From assembly GCA_038826135.1 (NCBI GenBank), contig JAWBON010000027.1, forward strand, positions 1-16,094: a stretch of DNA of 16,094 nt. The letters are read 5' to 3'. Position 1 is the first letter of the stretch, and each line of letters begins with the position of its first letter. Below the pieces are notes generated by a model. That model was not told the DNA's origin. It made no database searches and saw only the letters and a list, made by a program, of their open reading frames with translations. The position numbers were made by a program, and so were the translations under genes. Origin of the DNA: Candidatus Odinarchaeota archaeon (GTDB lineage: Archaea; Asgardarchaeota; Odinarchaeia; Odinarchaeales; Odinarchaeaceae). This document shows, piece after piece, positions 1 through 7,717 of the stretch.

Positions 1-16
1 TAGAAGGTGAACTGGC

Positions 17-1795
17 TTGGTTAAGAGGCAGCCGATTATCGCGGTTTTAGGTCACATAGATACTGGTAAAACATCCCTGCTAGATAAAATCAGGGGGACA
101 GCGGTTCAACTTAGAGAGGCTGGTGGAATAACCCAGCATGTAGGCGCCAGTTATTTACCGATAGAAACTATAAAAGAACTCTGTGGAAGCCTTCTTGAAA
201 GATTAAACGTCGAATTAACAATACCCGGCTTACTTATAATAGACAGTCCGGGTCACGCGGTGTTCATGAATCTGAGGAAGCGGGCTGGTAGTGTTTGCGA
301 TCTAGCTGTTTTAGTTGTTGATTTAACAGCTGGTTTTCAACCCCAAACATATGAGTCTATAAACATACTTAAAGAGCGTAAAACTCCTTTTGTTCTGGTT
401 GCGAATAAGGTTGATCTAATACCTGGTTGGAAACCTACTTCGGACGCATGCTTCCTAGATAGTTTCAAAAACCAAGATAAACAGGTTATAAAAGACTTGG
501 ACGCCAGAATATACGAGATCATCGGTAATCTTTCAATACTCGGTCTCCAGTCCGAGCGCTTTGATAGAGTGCAAGATTTTACAAGGAATATTGCAATAGT
601 CCCCACAAGCGCTAAAACAGGTGAAGGTATACCCGAGTTATTAATGGTGTTAGCAGGGTTAGCTCAACAGTATTTAGCTAAAAAACTAGAGTTAAAGGAG
701 GAACCGGCTAGAGGAGTTATTTTAGAGGTTAAAGAGGAGCCTGGTTTAGGCATAGCCGCTGATACAATAATATATAATGGTGTGCTTAGAAAAGGCGATA
801 TTATAGTAGTAGGAACTTTAACAGAGCCTTTAGTTACAAAAATTAAAGTTATACTTAAACCTAAACCCTTAGATGAGATACGTGACCCCCGTGAGAAATT
901 TGATTCTGTGGATGAGGTTTGGGCTGCAGCTGGTGTTAAAATAGTAGCAGCGGGGTTCGAGCAAATTATAGCCGGAGCGCCTATTATCGCTGTTTCAACG
1001 GATTCAGATACTCAAAAAGCAGCTGCGGAAATTAAAGATGAAATTAGTAAAATAAGAATAAGCACCGATAAAACAGGGATAGTTCTAAAAGCTGATGCCT
1101 TAGGTTCACTGGAGGCGATTATAGGATATTTCAAGGAGAGAGGATGTCAGATAAGGATAGCTGACGTAGGCGATGTTTCGAAAAGAGATGTCATAGAAGC
1201 TGAAGTTGTCCGAGAGGAGGATCCCTACGCTTCGATTATTCTAGCCTTTAATGTGAAGGTTCTCCCAGATGCTAGGGAGGAGGCTGAACTGAAGAACATC
1301 CCTATCATCAAGAGCAACATCATATACGATTTATTTGATAAATATGATGAATGGGTTAGATTAAAACGCGAGGAAGCTAGGAAAAAAGCGTTTGAAAATA
1401 TAATTTTACCGGGTAAATTCGAGATATTACCCGGTTATGTTTTTAGAACAAGTAAACCCGCGATTGTTGGTGTAAAGGTATTAGCAGGTAAAATATCCAC
1501 TAAAGTCGGATTAATCAATTCCGACGGGGAGAAGATTGGTGAAATACTTCAAATCCAAGACAAGGGGCAAAGCCTTCAAAAAGCGTATGCAGGGCAATCA
1601 GTAGCTATCTCTATAAAAGGACCCACAGTAGGGCGTCAAATAAACGAAGGAGATGTTTTATTCATAGATGTGCCGGAAAGTGATGTGCGAGTTCTAAACA
1701 CAAAGCTTTCAGCCGAACTCACTTCAGATGAAAAAGAGAGTCTTGAAGAGTTTATTAGAATTAAAAGGAAAACTAATAAGTTCTGGGGAATTTAG
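17..1795 (+). CDS. infB: Translation initiation factor aIF5B (IF-2)
   Basis: 592 aa from a TTG start, with a GAAGGTGA Shine-Dalgarno (SD)-like site at 3-10. N-terminal RQPIIAVLGHIDTGKT, EAGGITQHVGA, IDSPGH, NKVD and SAKTGEG GTPase motifs; KADALGSLEAI; C-terminal FRTSKPAIVGV. Confidence 0.97.
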   Translation: MVKRQPIIAVLGHIDTGKTSLLDKIRGTAVQLREAGGITQHVGASYLPIETIKELCGSLLERLNVELTIPGLLIIDSPGHAVFMNLRKRAGSVCDLAVLVVDLTAGFQPQTYESINILKERKTPFVLVANKVDLIPGWKPTSDACFLDSFKNQDKQVIKDLDARIYEIIGNLSILGLQSERFDRVQDFTRNIAIVPTSAKTGEGIPELLMVLAGLAQQYLAKKLELKEEPARGVILEVKEEPGLGIAADTIIYNGVLRKGDIIVVGTLTEPLVTKIKVILKPKPLDEIRDPREKFDSVDEVWAAAGVKIVAAGFEQIIAGAPIIAVSTDSDTQKAAAEIKDEISKIRISTDKTGIVLKADALGSLEAIIGYFKERGCQIRIADVGDVSKRDVIEAEVVREEDPYASIILAFNVKVLPDAREEAELKNIPIIKSNIIYDLFDKYDEWVRLKREEARKKAFENIILPGKFEILPGYVFRTSKPAIVGVKVLAGKISTKVGLINSDGEKIGEILQIQDKGQSLQKAYAGQSVAISIKGPTVGRQINEGDVLFIDVPESDVRVLNTKLSAELTSDEKESLEEFIRIKRKTNKFWGI

Positions 1796-1805
1796 ATGAA
1801 CCCTG

Positions 1806-1844
1806 ATTATACTATTAAAATCTGTTTTCTTCAAATAGTATAAT
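1806..1844. other. Perfect 11-bp inverted repeat (ATTATACTATT / AATAGTATAAT, 17-nt spacer) between infB and rps6e
   Basis: Arms at 1806-1816 and 1834-1844 are exact reverse complements. Function unknown: terminator, processing hairpin or operator. Confidence 0.45.
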
Positions 1845-1913
1845 TTAAATACGGTTCAATAGAATTCTTTCTTGAATTAATTATATTTTAACTTAGTAGC
1901 GGAGGTTTATTCA

Positions 1914-2306
1914 ATGCCCGAGTTTAAACTAGTTATCTCAGATAAAGAGACAGGTAAGACTGTTCAGATACCGGTTAAAGACGCTAAAGCGAATGCTCTA
2001 ATAGGTCGTAAAGTAAACGAGGTTATTTCAGGTGATCTAATAGGATTAGCTGGATACGAGCTTAAAATAACAGGCGGTAGCGATCGTGACGGTTTTCCAA
2101 TAAGAGCTGATGTTCAAGGAACTGCTAGAAAAGCGGTATTTATATCTAGCGGGTCAGGTATTAGAGATAAAGAAGTTAGAAGAAGAAAATATGTTAGAGG
2201 CAACACTATTTCCCCGGATATAGTTCAGATTAACATGGTTATTACTAAAAAAGGTAAACGATCATTAGAGGAGCTTACCGGTTTAAAAGAGGGGGCCTCT
2301 CAATAA
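1914..2306 (+). CDS. rps6e: 30S ribosomal protein S6e (eS6)
   Basis: MPEFKLVISD start, LKITGGSDRDGFP and RRKYVRGN motifs; GGAGGT SD at 1901-1906. Confidence 0.96.
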   Translation: MPEFKLVISDKETGKTVQIPVKDAKANALIGRKVNEVISGDLIGLAGYELKITGGSDRDGFPIRADVQGTARKAVFISSGSGIRDKEVRRRKYVRGNTISPDIVQINMVITKKGKRSLEELTGLKEGASQ

Positions 2307-2328
2307 ATTAAAATGAGGCGCGTCTGTA

Positions 2329-3600
2329 ATGCCTAAAACTGTTGAAAAAAAATATAGTATAGGCCAAGCGGTGGTTAATATAGGTGTGGTAGGGCATGTT
2401 GACCACGGTAAGACTACACTAGTCCATGCTATAACAGGTGAGTGGACTGATAGGCATAGTGAAGAGATAAAAAGAGGTATATCAATTAAACTAGGCTACT
2501 CTGATATTACAATTTTTAAATGCCCGAAATGCTCTGAGCCTGAATCATATACAACAAAGAACCTGTCCCCTGACTTGAAATGTTTGAAATGTGGCGTGGA
2601 GTTAGTGCCTGAAAGAAAAATATCATTTGTAGACGCGCCTGGACACGAGGTTCTCATGGCCACAGTAATCTCCGGCGCCTCTTTAATGGATGGTGCTTTA
2701 CTTATAATAGCGGCTAATGAAAAATGTCCACAACCACAAACTCGTGAACATTTAGCAGTCCTCCAGATCACAGGGATAAAGAATATTATAATAGTTCAAA
2801 ATAAAGCGGAACTGGTTAGTGAAAAAGAGGCTTTAGAAAACTATAAGCAGATTAAACAATTTGTTAAAGGAACAGTCGCTGAAAACGCTCCGATTATTCC
2901 CACATCCGCTATTTTCAAGAAAAACATAGATCTAGTCCTTTACGCTATTCAAAAATATATTCCAACCCCTAAAAGGGATGATAGTAAACCTTTGTTAATG
3001 TATGTTACCAGGTCATTCGATGTTAATAAACCCGGCTGTGAACCTAAAGACCTTCAAGGGGGTGTGTTAGGGGGGTCAATAATTCAGGGTAAGTTGAAAG
3101 TGGGGGATGTGATAGAAGTACGCCCGGGGATAAAAATAGACAAGTCCGGTGTCTCAACATATAATCCGATAACAACAACGGTTACGAGTTTACAGGGTGG
3201 TGGAGTCTACTTAGAAGAAGCAAGGCCTGGTGGACTTATAGGCGTTGGAACAAAACTCGACCCATCGTTAACCAAGGCGGATGGTTTTATAGGTAACATG
3301 GTTGGAAAGAGTGATAGTTTACCGCCTGTACTAGATGAGCTTACGCTCACCGTCAACTTGATGCAGAGAGTTGTAGGAACAAACGAGCTTCTTCAAGTTG
3401 ATAATATCCAGTTGAAGGAGCCTCTTATGGTGAATGTAGGCGCTGCTGTGACAGTGGGGGTTGTAACAAAAGTTTCAAGTAACCAAATTACTTTAAAGCT
3501 TAAAAGACCGGTATGCGGTGAACCTAATCAGAGAGTAGCTATAAGCCGTCAGATAAAAGGGAGATGGAGGCTTATAGGGTGGGGTGAATTAATAGCGTGA
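2329..3600 (+). CDS. eif2g: Translation initiation factor aIF2 subunit gamma
   Basis: NIGVVGHVDHGKTT, DRHSEEIKRGISIKLGY, CPKC/CLKC zinc ribbon, FVDAPGHE, RSFDVNKPG and C-terminal RWRLIGWG. Confidence 0.97.
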   Translation: MPKTVEKKYSIGQAVVNIGVVGHVDHGKTTLVHAITGEWTDRHSEEIKRGISIKLGYSDITIFKCPKCSEPESYTTKNLSPDLKCLKCGVELVPERKISFVDAPGHEVLMATVISGASLMDGALLIIAANEKCPQPQTREHLAVLQITGIKNIIIVQNKAELVSEKEALENYKQIKQFVKGTVAENAPIIPTSAIFKKNIDLVLYAIQKYIPTPKRDDSKPLLMYVTRSFDVNKPGCEPKDLQGGVLGGSIIQGKLKVGDVIEVRPGIKIDKSGVSTYNPITTTVTSLQGGGVYLEEARPGGLIGVGTKLDPSLTKADGFIGNMVGKSDSLPPVLDELTLTVNLMQRVVGTNELLQVDNIQLKEPLMVNVGAAVTVGVVTKVSSNQITLKLKRPVCGEPNQRVAISRQIKGRWRLIGWGELIA

Positions 3601-3602
3601 CA

Positions 3603-3618
3603 CCCTTTCTTCAAAGGG
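3603..3618 (+). terminator. Short hairpin CCCTTT-CTTC-AAAGGG followed by a pyrimidine run, directly after the eif2g stop
   Basis: 6-bp stem with a 4-nt loop, then CTTTCT. The terminator or attenuator role is an inference. Confidence 0.3.
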
Positions 3619-3651
3619 CTTTCTCGTTGAGCGGTTTAATAAGGCGTTCAT

Positions 3652-4053
3652 ATGATTATAAAGATTTTAATAGACACAAATTTTCTCATTCTCCCGTTAA
3701 AAACTGGAAAAAATTTTAAGATACAACTTGATAATTTAATAGGATTCAACTATGAACTGCTGGTTTTAACAGATTCTATAAATGAGCTTGCGTACGTGGA
3801 GCCGAGGCTCTTCGAAAACATTAAGGCGAACAACTCACTTATTGAAACGCTATGGCCTGGAATAAAAATAGTGAACGCCGAGTCAACTCTTATTAACAAT
3901 GTAGATGATAGAATAGTCGAATACGCTGTTAAAAACAATTGCGCTGTAGCTACAAACGACGCATCCTTAAGATCAAGGTTGAGAAAAAACAACGTTACTA
4001 CAATATATTTAAGGCATAAAAGCCATTTAGCAATAGACGGAAACATTGGTTAA
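3652..4053 (+). CDS. PIN-domain ribonuclease (Fcf1/Utp24-like, conserved downstream of aIF2-gamma)
   Basis: ILIDTNFL, NEL, VDD and VATND supply the PIN acidic residues; this is the usual archaeal position after eif2g. Confidence 0.85.
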   Translation: MIIKILIDTNFLILPLKTGKNFKIQLDNLIGFNYELLVLTDSINELAYVEPRLFENIKANNSLIETLWPGIKIVNAESTLINNVDDRIVEYAVKNNCAVATNDASLRSRLRKNNVTTIYLRHKSHLAIDGNIG

Positions 4054-4225
4054 AACAGGTTTTTCTCGAATTAATTAAATGGAATATAAATATTTATAAA
4101 GAAAAAAAATCATTCATTGCCAGCGTTAAAATTATTCCCGTCAAATAAGACTGTAAAATTTATTAAATTAGTAGGGTAGAAGTGACCAAAATATTTAACG
4201 CGTGCAGTAAAGGTATGATTATAAG

Positions 4226-4233
4226 TTTATAAA
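4226..4233 (+). promoter_or_regulatory. TATA box candidate for the rpo7-spt4-DUF359-rps24e-rps27ae unit
   Basis: TTTATAAA about 48 nt upstream of the rpo7 start, in an AT-rich intergenic region. Confidence 0.45.
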
Positions 4234-4280
4234 TGCTCGTTAATAAAAATAGTTCTATAATGTTTAAGAGGCTGGTTTAA

Positions 4281-4865
4281 TTGTATAAGCTATTAACAGT
4301 GAAAGATAATATTCGTATCCCTCCATCCCGTTTTAGAGAAGATATTGAGAAAGTCTCTCTGGAAATCCTAAGAGAAGAGTATGAGGGTGTTATGACCACG
4401 GAATTAGGTTTCATAGTAGCTATTATAAAAGTTTTAGAACTCGGCCCTGGAAAGATTATTCCAGGAGATGGCGCGACATATCATAACGTAATATTCGAAG
4501 CCTTAGCGTTTAAACCAGAACTTCAGCAAATAGTTGAAGGAGAGGTTGTTGAGGTTGTCGACTTCGGGGTTTTTATCAGGCTAGGACCATTAGACGGTTT
4601 ATGTCATGTAAGCCAGGTAACTGACGACTTTATCAGCTACGATCAGAAAAGATCAGCTTTACTGGGCAAAGAGAGCGGTCGCGTAATATCGGTTGGCGAT
4701 CATGTAAGAGCTAGAATCATAGCGGTGAGCTTGAAGGGCGGTTCTAGAAGCGGTAAAATAGGGTTAACCATGAGGCAGCCTTACCTGGGTAAAATTGAAT
4801 GGATTAAAGCTGATATTAAAAAAATTCTAGAGGCGAAGGAGCCTAAAAAATCAAAGGCTAGTTAA
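4281..4865 (+). CDS. rpo7: DNA-directed RNA polymerase subunit Rpo7 (E')
   Basis: TTG start; VRIPP-like NIRIPP, IIPGDGATY, S1 domain FGVFIRLGPLDGLCHVSQV and C-terminal KIGLTMRQPYLGK. Confidence 0.96.
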   Translation: MYKLLTVKDNIRIPPSRFREDIEKVSLEILREEYEGVMTTELGFIVAIIKVLELGPGKIIPGDGATYHNVIFEALAFKPELQQIVEGEVVEVVDFGVFIRLGPLDGLCHVSQVTDDFISYDQKRSALLGKESGRVISVGDHVRARIIAVSLKGGSRSGKIGLTMRQPYLGKIEWIKADIKKILEAKEPKKSKAS

Positions 4866-4876
4866 CGGTGATCTAA

Positions 4877-5062
4877 GTGAAAGATAGGGCTTGTAAAACA
4901 TGTAGAAAAATAATAAAGGGTCAAATATGCCCTACTTGTAAAACATACACTTTATCATATGAGTATGACGGGCTTGTTATAATAAATGACCATCAAAACT
5001 CGCAGATTGCTGAAAAATTAAATATTAATGAGAACGGTAAATATGCGTTGAAGGTAAGATAG
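4877..5062 (+). CDS. spt4: Transcription elongation factor Spt4 (RpoE'')
   Basis: 61 aa from a GTG start; ACKTC..CPTC zinc finger, SQIAEKLNI and GKYALKVR; directly follows rpo7. Confidence 0.94.
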   Translation: MKDRACKTCRKIIKGQICPTCKTYTLSYEYDGLVIINDHQNSQIAEKLNINENGKYALKVR

Positions 5063-5595
5063 TGAAGACACTGAAAATAACACGTAAATTAAGATATTAT
5101 TTAAAGAAACCCCTCGGCCGCCTAATACCATTAGAGCATATGGGTAATATAGAGCTGTTAAAAGAAGTGTTGAAAAAAGAGAAACCTGTAAAACTGATCT
5201 CTGTAGGTGATATAGTAACAGACAGTCTGATCAAGAATAATATTGAACCTGATTTATACATAGTTGATGGGCGAACTTTAAGAGGTGAATTCAACTCTCA
5301 ACCAGCTAGAGCGTGTAGCATAAAAGTGATTAATCCACCTGGAACAATTAATTCTTCAGTGTGGATGGTGATCGGAAGCTGTTTAGAAAAAGAGGACAAA
5401 ATAGGCATATTCGTGGAGGGTGAGGAAGATTTATTAGTACTTCCGTCCGTTATACTAGCGCCATTAGGCGCGGTAGTGATTTACGGTCAGCCTAATAAAG
5501 GTGTAGTTATAGTAAAAGTGGATCAAGAGATTAAAAACAAAGTTCAAAAAATTTTATGTTTAATGGAGGAAGTTGTCAATGGGCAAGGATTTTGA
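5062..5595 (+). CDS. DUF359 family protein, GTP-dependent dephospho-CoA kinase
   Basis: LKKPLG, ISVGDIVT, IVDGRT, NPPGTI, VEGEEDL and YGQPNKG motifs; conserved position after spt4. Confidence 0.9.
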   Translation: MKTLKITRKLRYYLKKPLGRLIPLEHMGNIELLKEVLKKEKPVKLISVGDIVTDSLIKNNIEPDLYIVDGRTLRGEFNSQPARACSIKVINPPGTINSSVWMVIGSCLEKEDKIGIFVEGEEDLLVLPSVILAPLGAVVIYGQPNKGVVIVKVDQEIKNKVQKILCLMEEVVNGQGF

Positions 5596-5911
5596 AGTAA
5601 AAGAAGATGTGAAAAATCCTTTACTCAAACGTAGAGAGTTAACTATTATAATAAATCACGCTGGAACCGGCACCCCTAACAGATTAGAGGTTAGGAAAAA
5701 AGTGTCTTCAAAACTTAATGAAGATTTAGAGAAGGTTTATGTAACAAAAGTAGTGGAACTACCAGACCATAATAGTTGCAAGGTCTTAGCTCACGTCTAC
5801 GATAATAAAGAGACTGCTTTAAAGATTGAACAGCAATATATTATAAAAAGAAACACTGAAAATAAAACTGAAGCGGAAAGCGCTGAGTCTAAATCTGAAT
5901 CTGTCAGCTAA
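5579..5911 (+). CDS. rps24e: 30S ribosomal protein S24e (eS24)
   Basis: [17 protein letters not shown] and AHVYDN motifs. Start moved from TTG 5573 to ATG 5579 because of the GGAGGA SD at 5565-5570; overlaps the DUF359 3' end. Confidence 0.94.
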   Translation: MGKDFEVKEDVKNPLLKRRELTIIINHAGTGTPNRLEVRKKVSSKLNEDLEKVYVTKVVELPDHNSCKVLAHVYDNKETALKIEQQYIIKRNTENKTEAESAESKSESVS

Positions 5912-5946
5912 AAGCTGAAGATAAAAACATGGGAGGAGGTATAATC

Positions 5947-6114
5947 TTGACAGTTAAAGATTATTTCAAAGTAGAAGGTGATAAAATAATTCGTTTAAAG
6001 AGAAACTGTCCAAGATGCGGTCCAGGCACGTATATGGCGGAGCACGGTGACAGGTTTTCATGCGGAAAATGCGGTTGGACTGTTTTCAAAAAACAGGATA
6101 AGAGTGAAAAATAA
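5947..6114 (+). CDS. rps27ae: 30S ribosomal protein S27ae (eS31), stand-alone with no ubiquitin fusion
   Basis: [20 protein letters not shown] zinc ribbon. The track start is ATG 5929, but its 'GGG' codons (GGAGGAGGT) look like an SD for TTG 5947. Confidence 0.93.
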   Translation: MTVKDYFKVEGDKIIRLKRNCPRCGPGTYMAEHGDRFSCGKCGWTVFKKQDKSEK

Positions 6115-6137
6115 AACGGGGGGAGGGCTAATAAAAT

Positions 6138-6671
6138 TTGTTTAAAAAAATAAATGATCAGACTCTTCTAGCTCTAGCCCAACTGTTAGAGCTTGATATA
6201 GATACAGGCGTGCTCAGAGTATTCAATCAAAGGGTCGGTATATTCCCACTCACCTCTGTTCTACAATTATTCGAAGAGATTAAAACACAAGTAGGCTCCA
6301 AGAAATTCAACGATATAATTAAAAATGCGGGGATAAAATTCGGAGAGAAACTATTAGATACTATACTTTCATTAGATGAAGAGGATTTAATCGAGTTAAA
6401 CCCGCTTCAAGGACGGGAAGCCATATCTAAAATACTCTCATTCTTCGGTTTCGGTAAAATAGAATATATCACGGAATCTCAAAGTAATGTCGCCGTTCTC
6501 AACTACTATAATTCACCTGCCAGTGAGATAGATAATAATATTTTCTGTATTCTCATAACCGGTATAATAGAGGGCATATTAAGTAAATTATATGATAAAA
6601 AGGTTGAAGTTGAAGAAATAAAGTGTGTTAAGAAGAAGAATGACTTCTGTTCTTTCAAAATATTCATGTAG
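6138..6671 (+). CDS. V4R-domain protein
   Basis: C-terminal FFGFGKIE...NSP...FC.LITGIIEGILS......VEVEEIKC......C.F pattern typical of V4R; TTG start with a GGAGG SD. Confidence 0.75.
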   Translation: MFKKINDQTLLALAQLLELDIDTGVLRVFNQRVGIFPLTSVLQLFEEIKTQVGSKKFNDIIKNAGIKFGEKLLDTILSLDEEDLIELNPLQGREAISKILSFFGFGKIEYITESQSNVAVLNYYNSPASEIDNNIFCILITGIIEGILSKLYDKKVEVEEIKCVKKKNDFCSFKIFM

Positions 6672-6691
6672 GAATTACTTGAATCGAATTA

Positions 6692-7288
6692 TTACGCAGC
6701 CCCTGACGGCCTAGCTACCATTTTACTCTTTCTAACCTCGCATTTACGGAGAGGCACTATTTTTTTAGCTTCATTATATATTTCCGATCCGATCTTACCC
6801 AATACAGTTTCATGAACAAATTGCTCGAAGTTTAATTCACCCGCTTTTCTATAAACAATATCCTTCATGATTCCCCTAATCGCCTGCTCTTGGCTTGTTT
6901 TAGCTCTACTATGGGTGAAAGCGATTGTGGAAACTATAAGCTTATAACCGTCTTTAGTGGTGACGCTGAATCGCCCGTCTATTCTGGTGGTCCCTCTTCT
7001 CACTAGACTTCTTAAATAATCCCTGGTTAAATCATGACCTTTAAATATAGTGTACGCCTTATTCCCTTGAACCTCTGTTATTTGAAGAAATATTTTAACA
7101 TGTATCAGTGATATGTCCCCGGTTATATCGTAAAGTGTTGTCTCTACAACCCTGCCTATAACCGCATCTTTAACATTTGCAGGCGTCTGCCCGATTTCAA
7201 TGTTTCCAAGATACTTTGGCGAGACAACTGTGAAAAACTCCTTCATCACCCATCGATCCTTTGAAGCTGTGCCTTTAGTTTTAGACAT
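6692..7288 (-). CDS. rps3ae: 30S ribosomal protein S3ae (eS1)
   Basis: KDRWVMKE, GRVVETTLYDITGD, DYLRSLVRRGTTRID and IVPLRKCEVRK; GGAGGA SD at 7300-7295. Confidence 0.96.
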   Translation of the reverse strand: MSKTKGTASKDRWVMKEFFTVVSPKYLGNIEIGQTPANVKDAVIGRVVETTLYDITGDISLIHVKIFLQITEVQGNKAYTIFKGHDLTRDYLRSLVRRGTTRIDGRFSVTTKDGYKLIVSTIAFTHSRAKTSQEQAIRGIMKDIVYRKAGELNFEQFVHETVLGKIGSEIYNEAKKIVPLRKCEVRKSKMVARPSGAA

Positions 7289-7357
7289 TTAACATCCTCC
7301 ACAAGCTGATTACTATACTTATGAACTTTATACCAGTTATCTTAATGCTTTAAATAT

Positions 7358-7365
7358 TTTATAAA
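7358..7365 (-). promoter_or_regulatory. TATA box candidate for an internal rps3ae promoter
   Basis: TTTATAAA about 70 nt upstream of the rps3ae start, in the pcc1-rps3ae gap. Confidence 0.35.
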
Positions 7366-7462
7366 CGATTCAACGCTTCAACCTACGAACGCCACTTTTC
7401 TCGTTAAAGTTGAGGAAGCTATTTAATCCGTTTATCAAATACTATTTATAAATATACTTGTT

Positions 7463-7717
7463 TTACTCTCCAGCCGGTTTCACACGCTCCCTTAAATAAA
7501 CTATAAGATCATCTAAAACAGTTACGGCTTGATTAATTTCATGTGTTAATTGAAATATTATTTCCAAGTTATTGTTAGAAAATACTTTAATATTATTACC
7601 ATCCACACTTTTAACAGCGTCTTTTAGACTTTCCTGAAATTGTTTCAAATCCAAGCTTCTAACCTCTTCCTTTAATACTAGTTTTAATTTAACCTCTTTC
7701 AACAATCTGTTCTCCAC
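7463..7717 (-). CDS. pcc1: Probable divergent KEOPS subunit Pcc1
   Basis: 84 aa, the right size. It fills the known archaeal rps15-recJ-pcc1-rps3ae slot, and the C-terminal helix (AVTVLDDLIVYL) resembles Pcc1. Sequence similarity is weak, so the call rests mostly on synteny. Confidence 0.6.
   Translation of the reverse strand: MENRLLKEVKLKLVLKEEVRSLDLKQFQESLKDAVKSVDGNNIKVFSNNNLEIIFQLTHEINQAVTVLDDLIVYLRERVKPAGE

Noticed and set aside
4054-4280. AT-rich 227-nt gap as a possible ncRNA, C/D box sRNA or small gene
   Set aside because: No complete C/D box pair, tRNA fold or credible ORF seen; promoter and terminator sequence explains it.
7375-7419. Second BHB-like motif (GCTT-CAAC...GTTG-AGG-AAGC)
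   Set aside because: Only one bulge and no inner helix in register; on the transcribed minus strand the bulge is on the wrong side.
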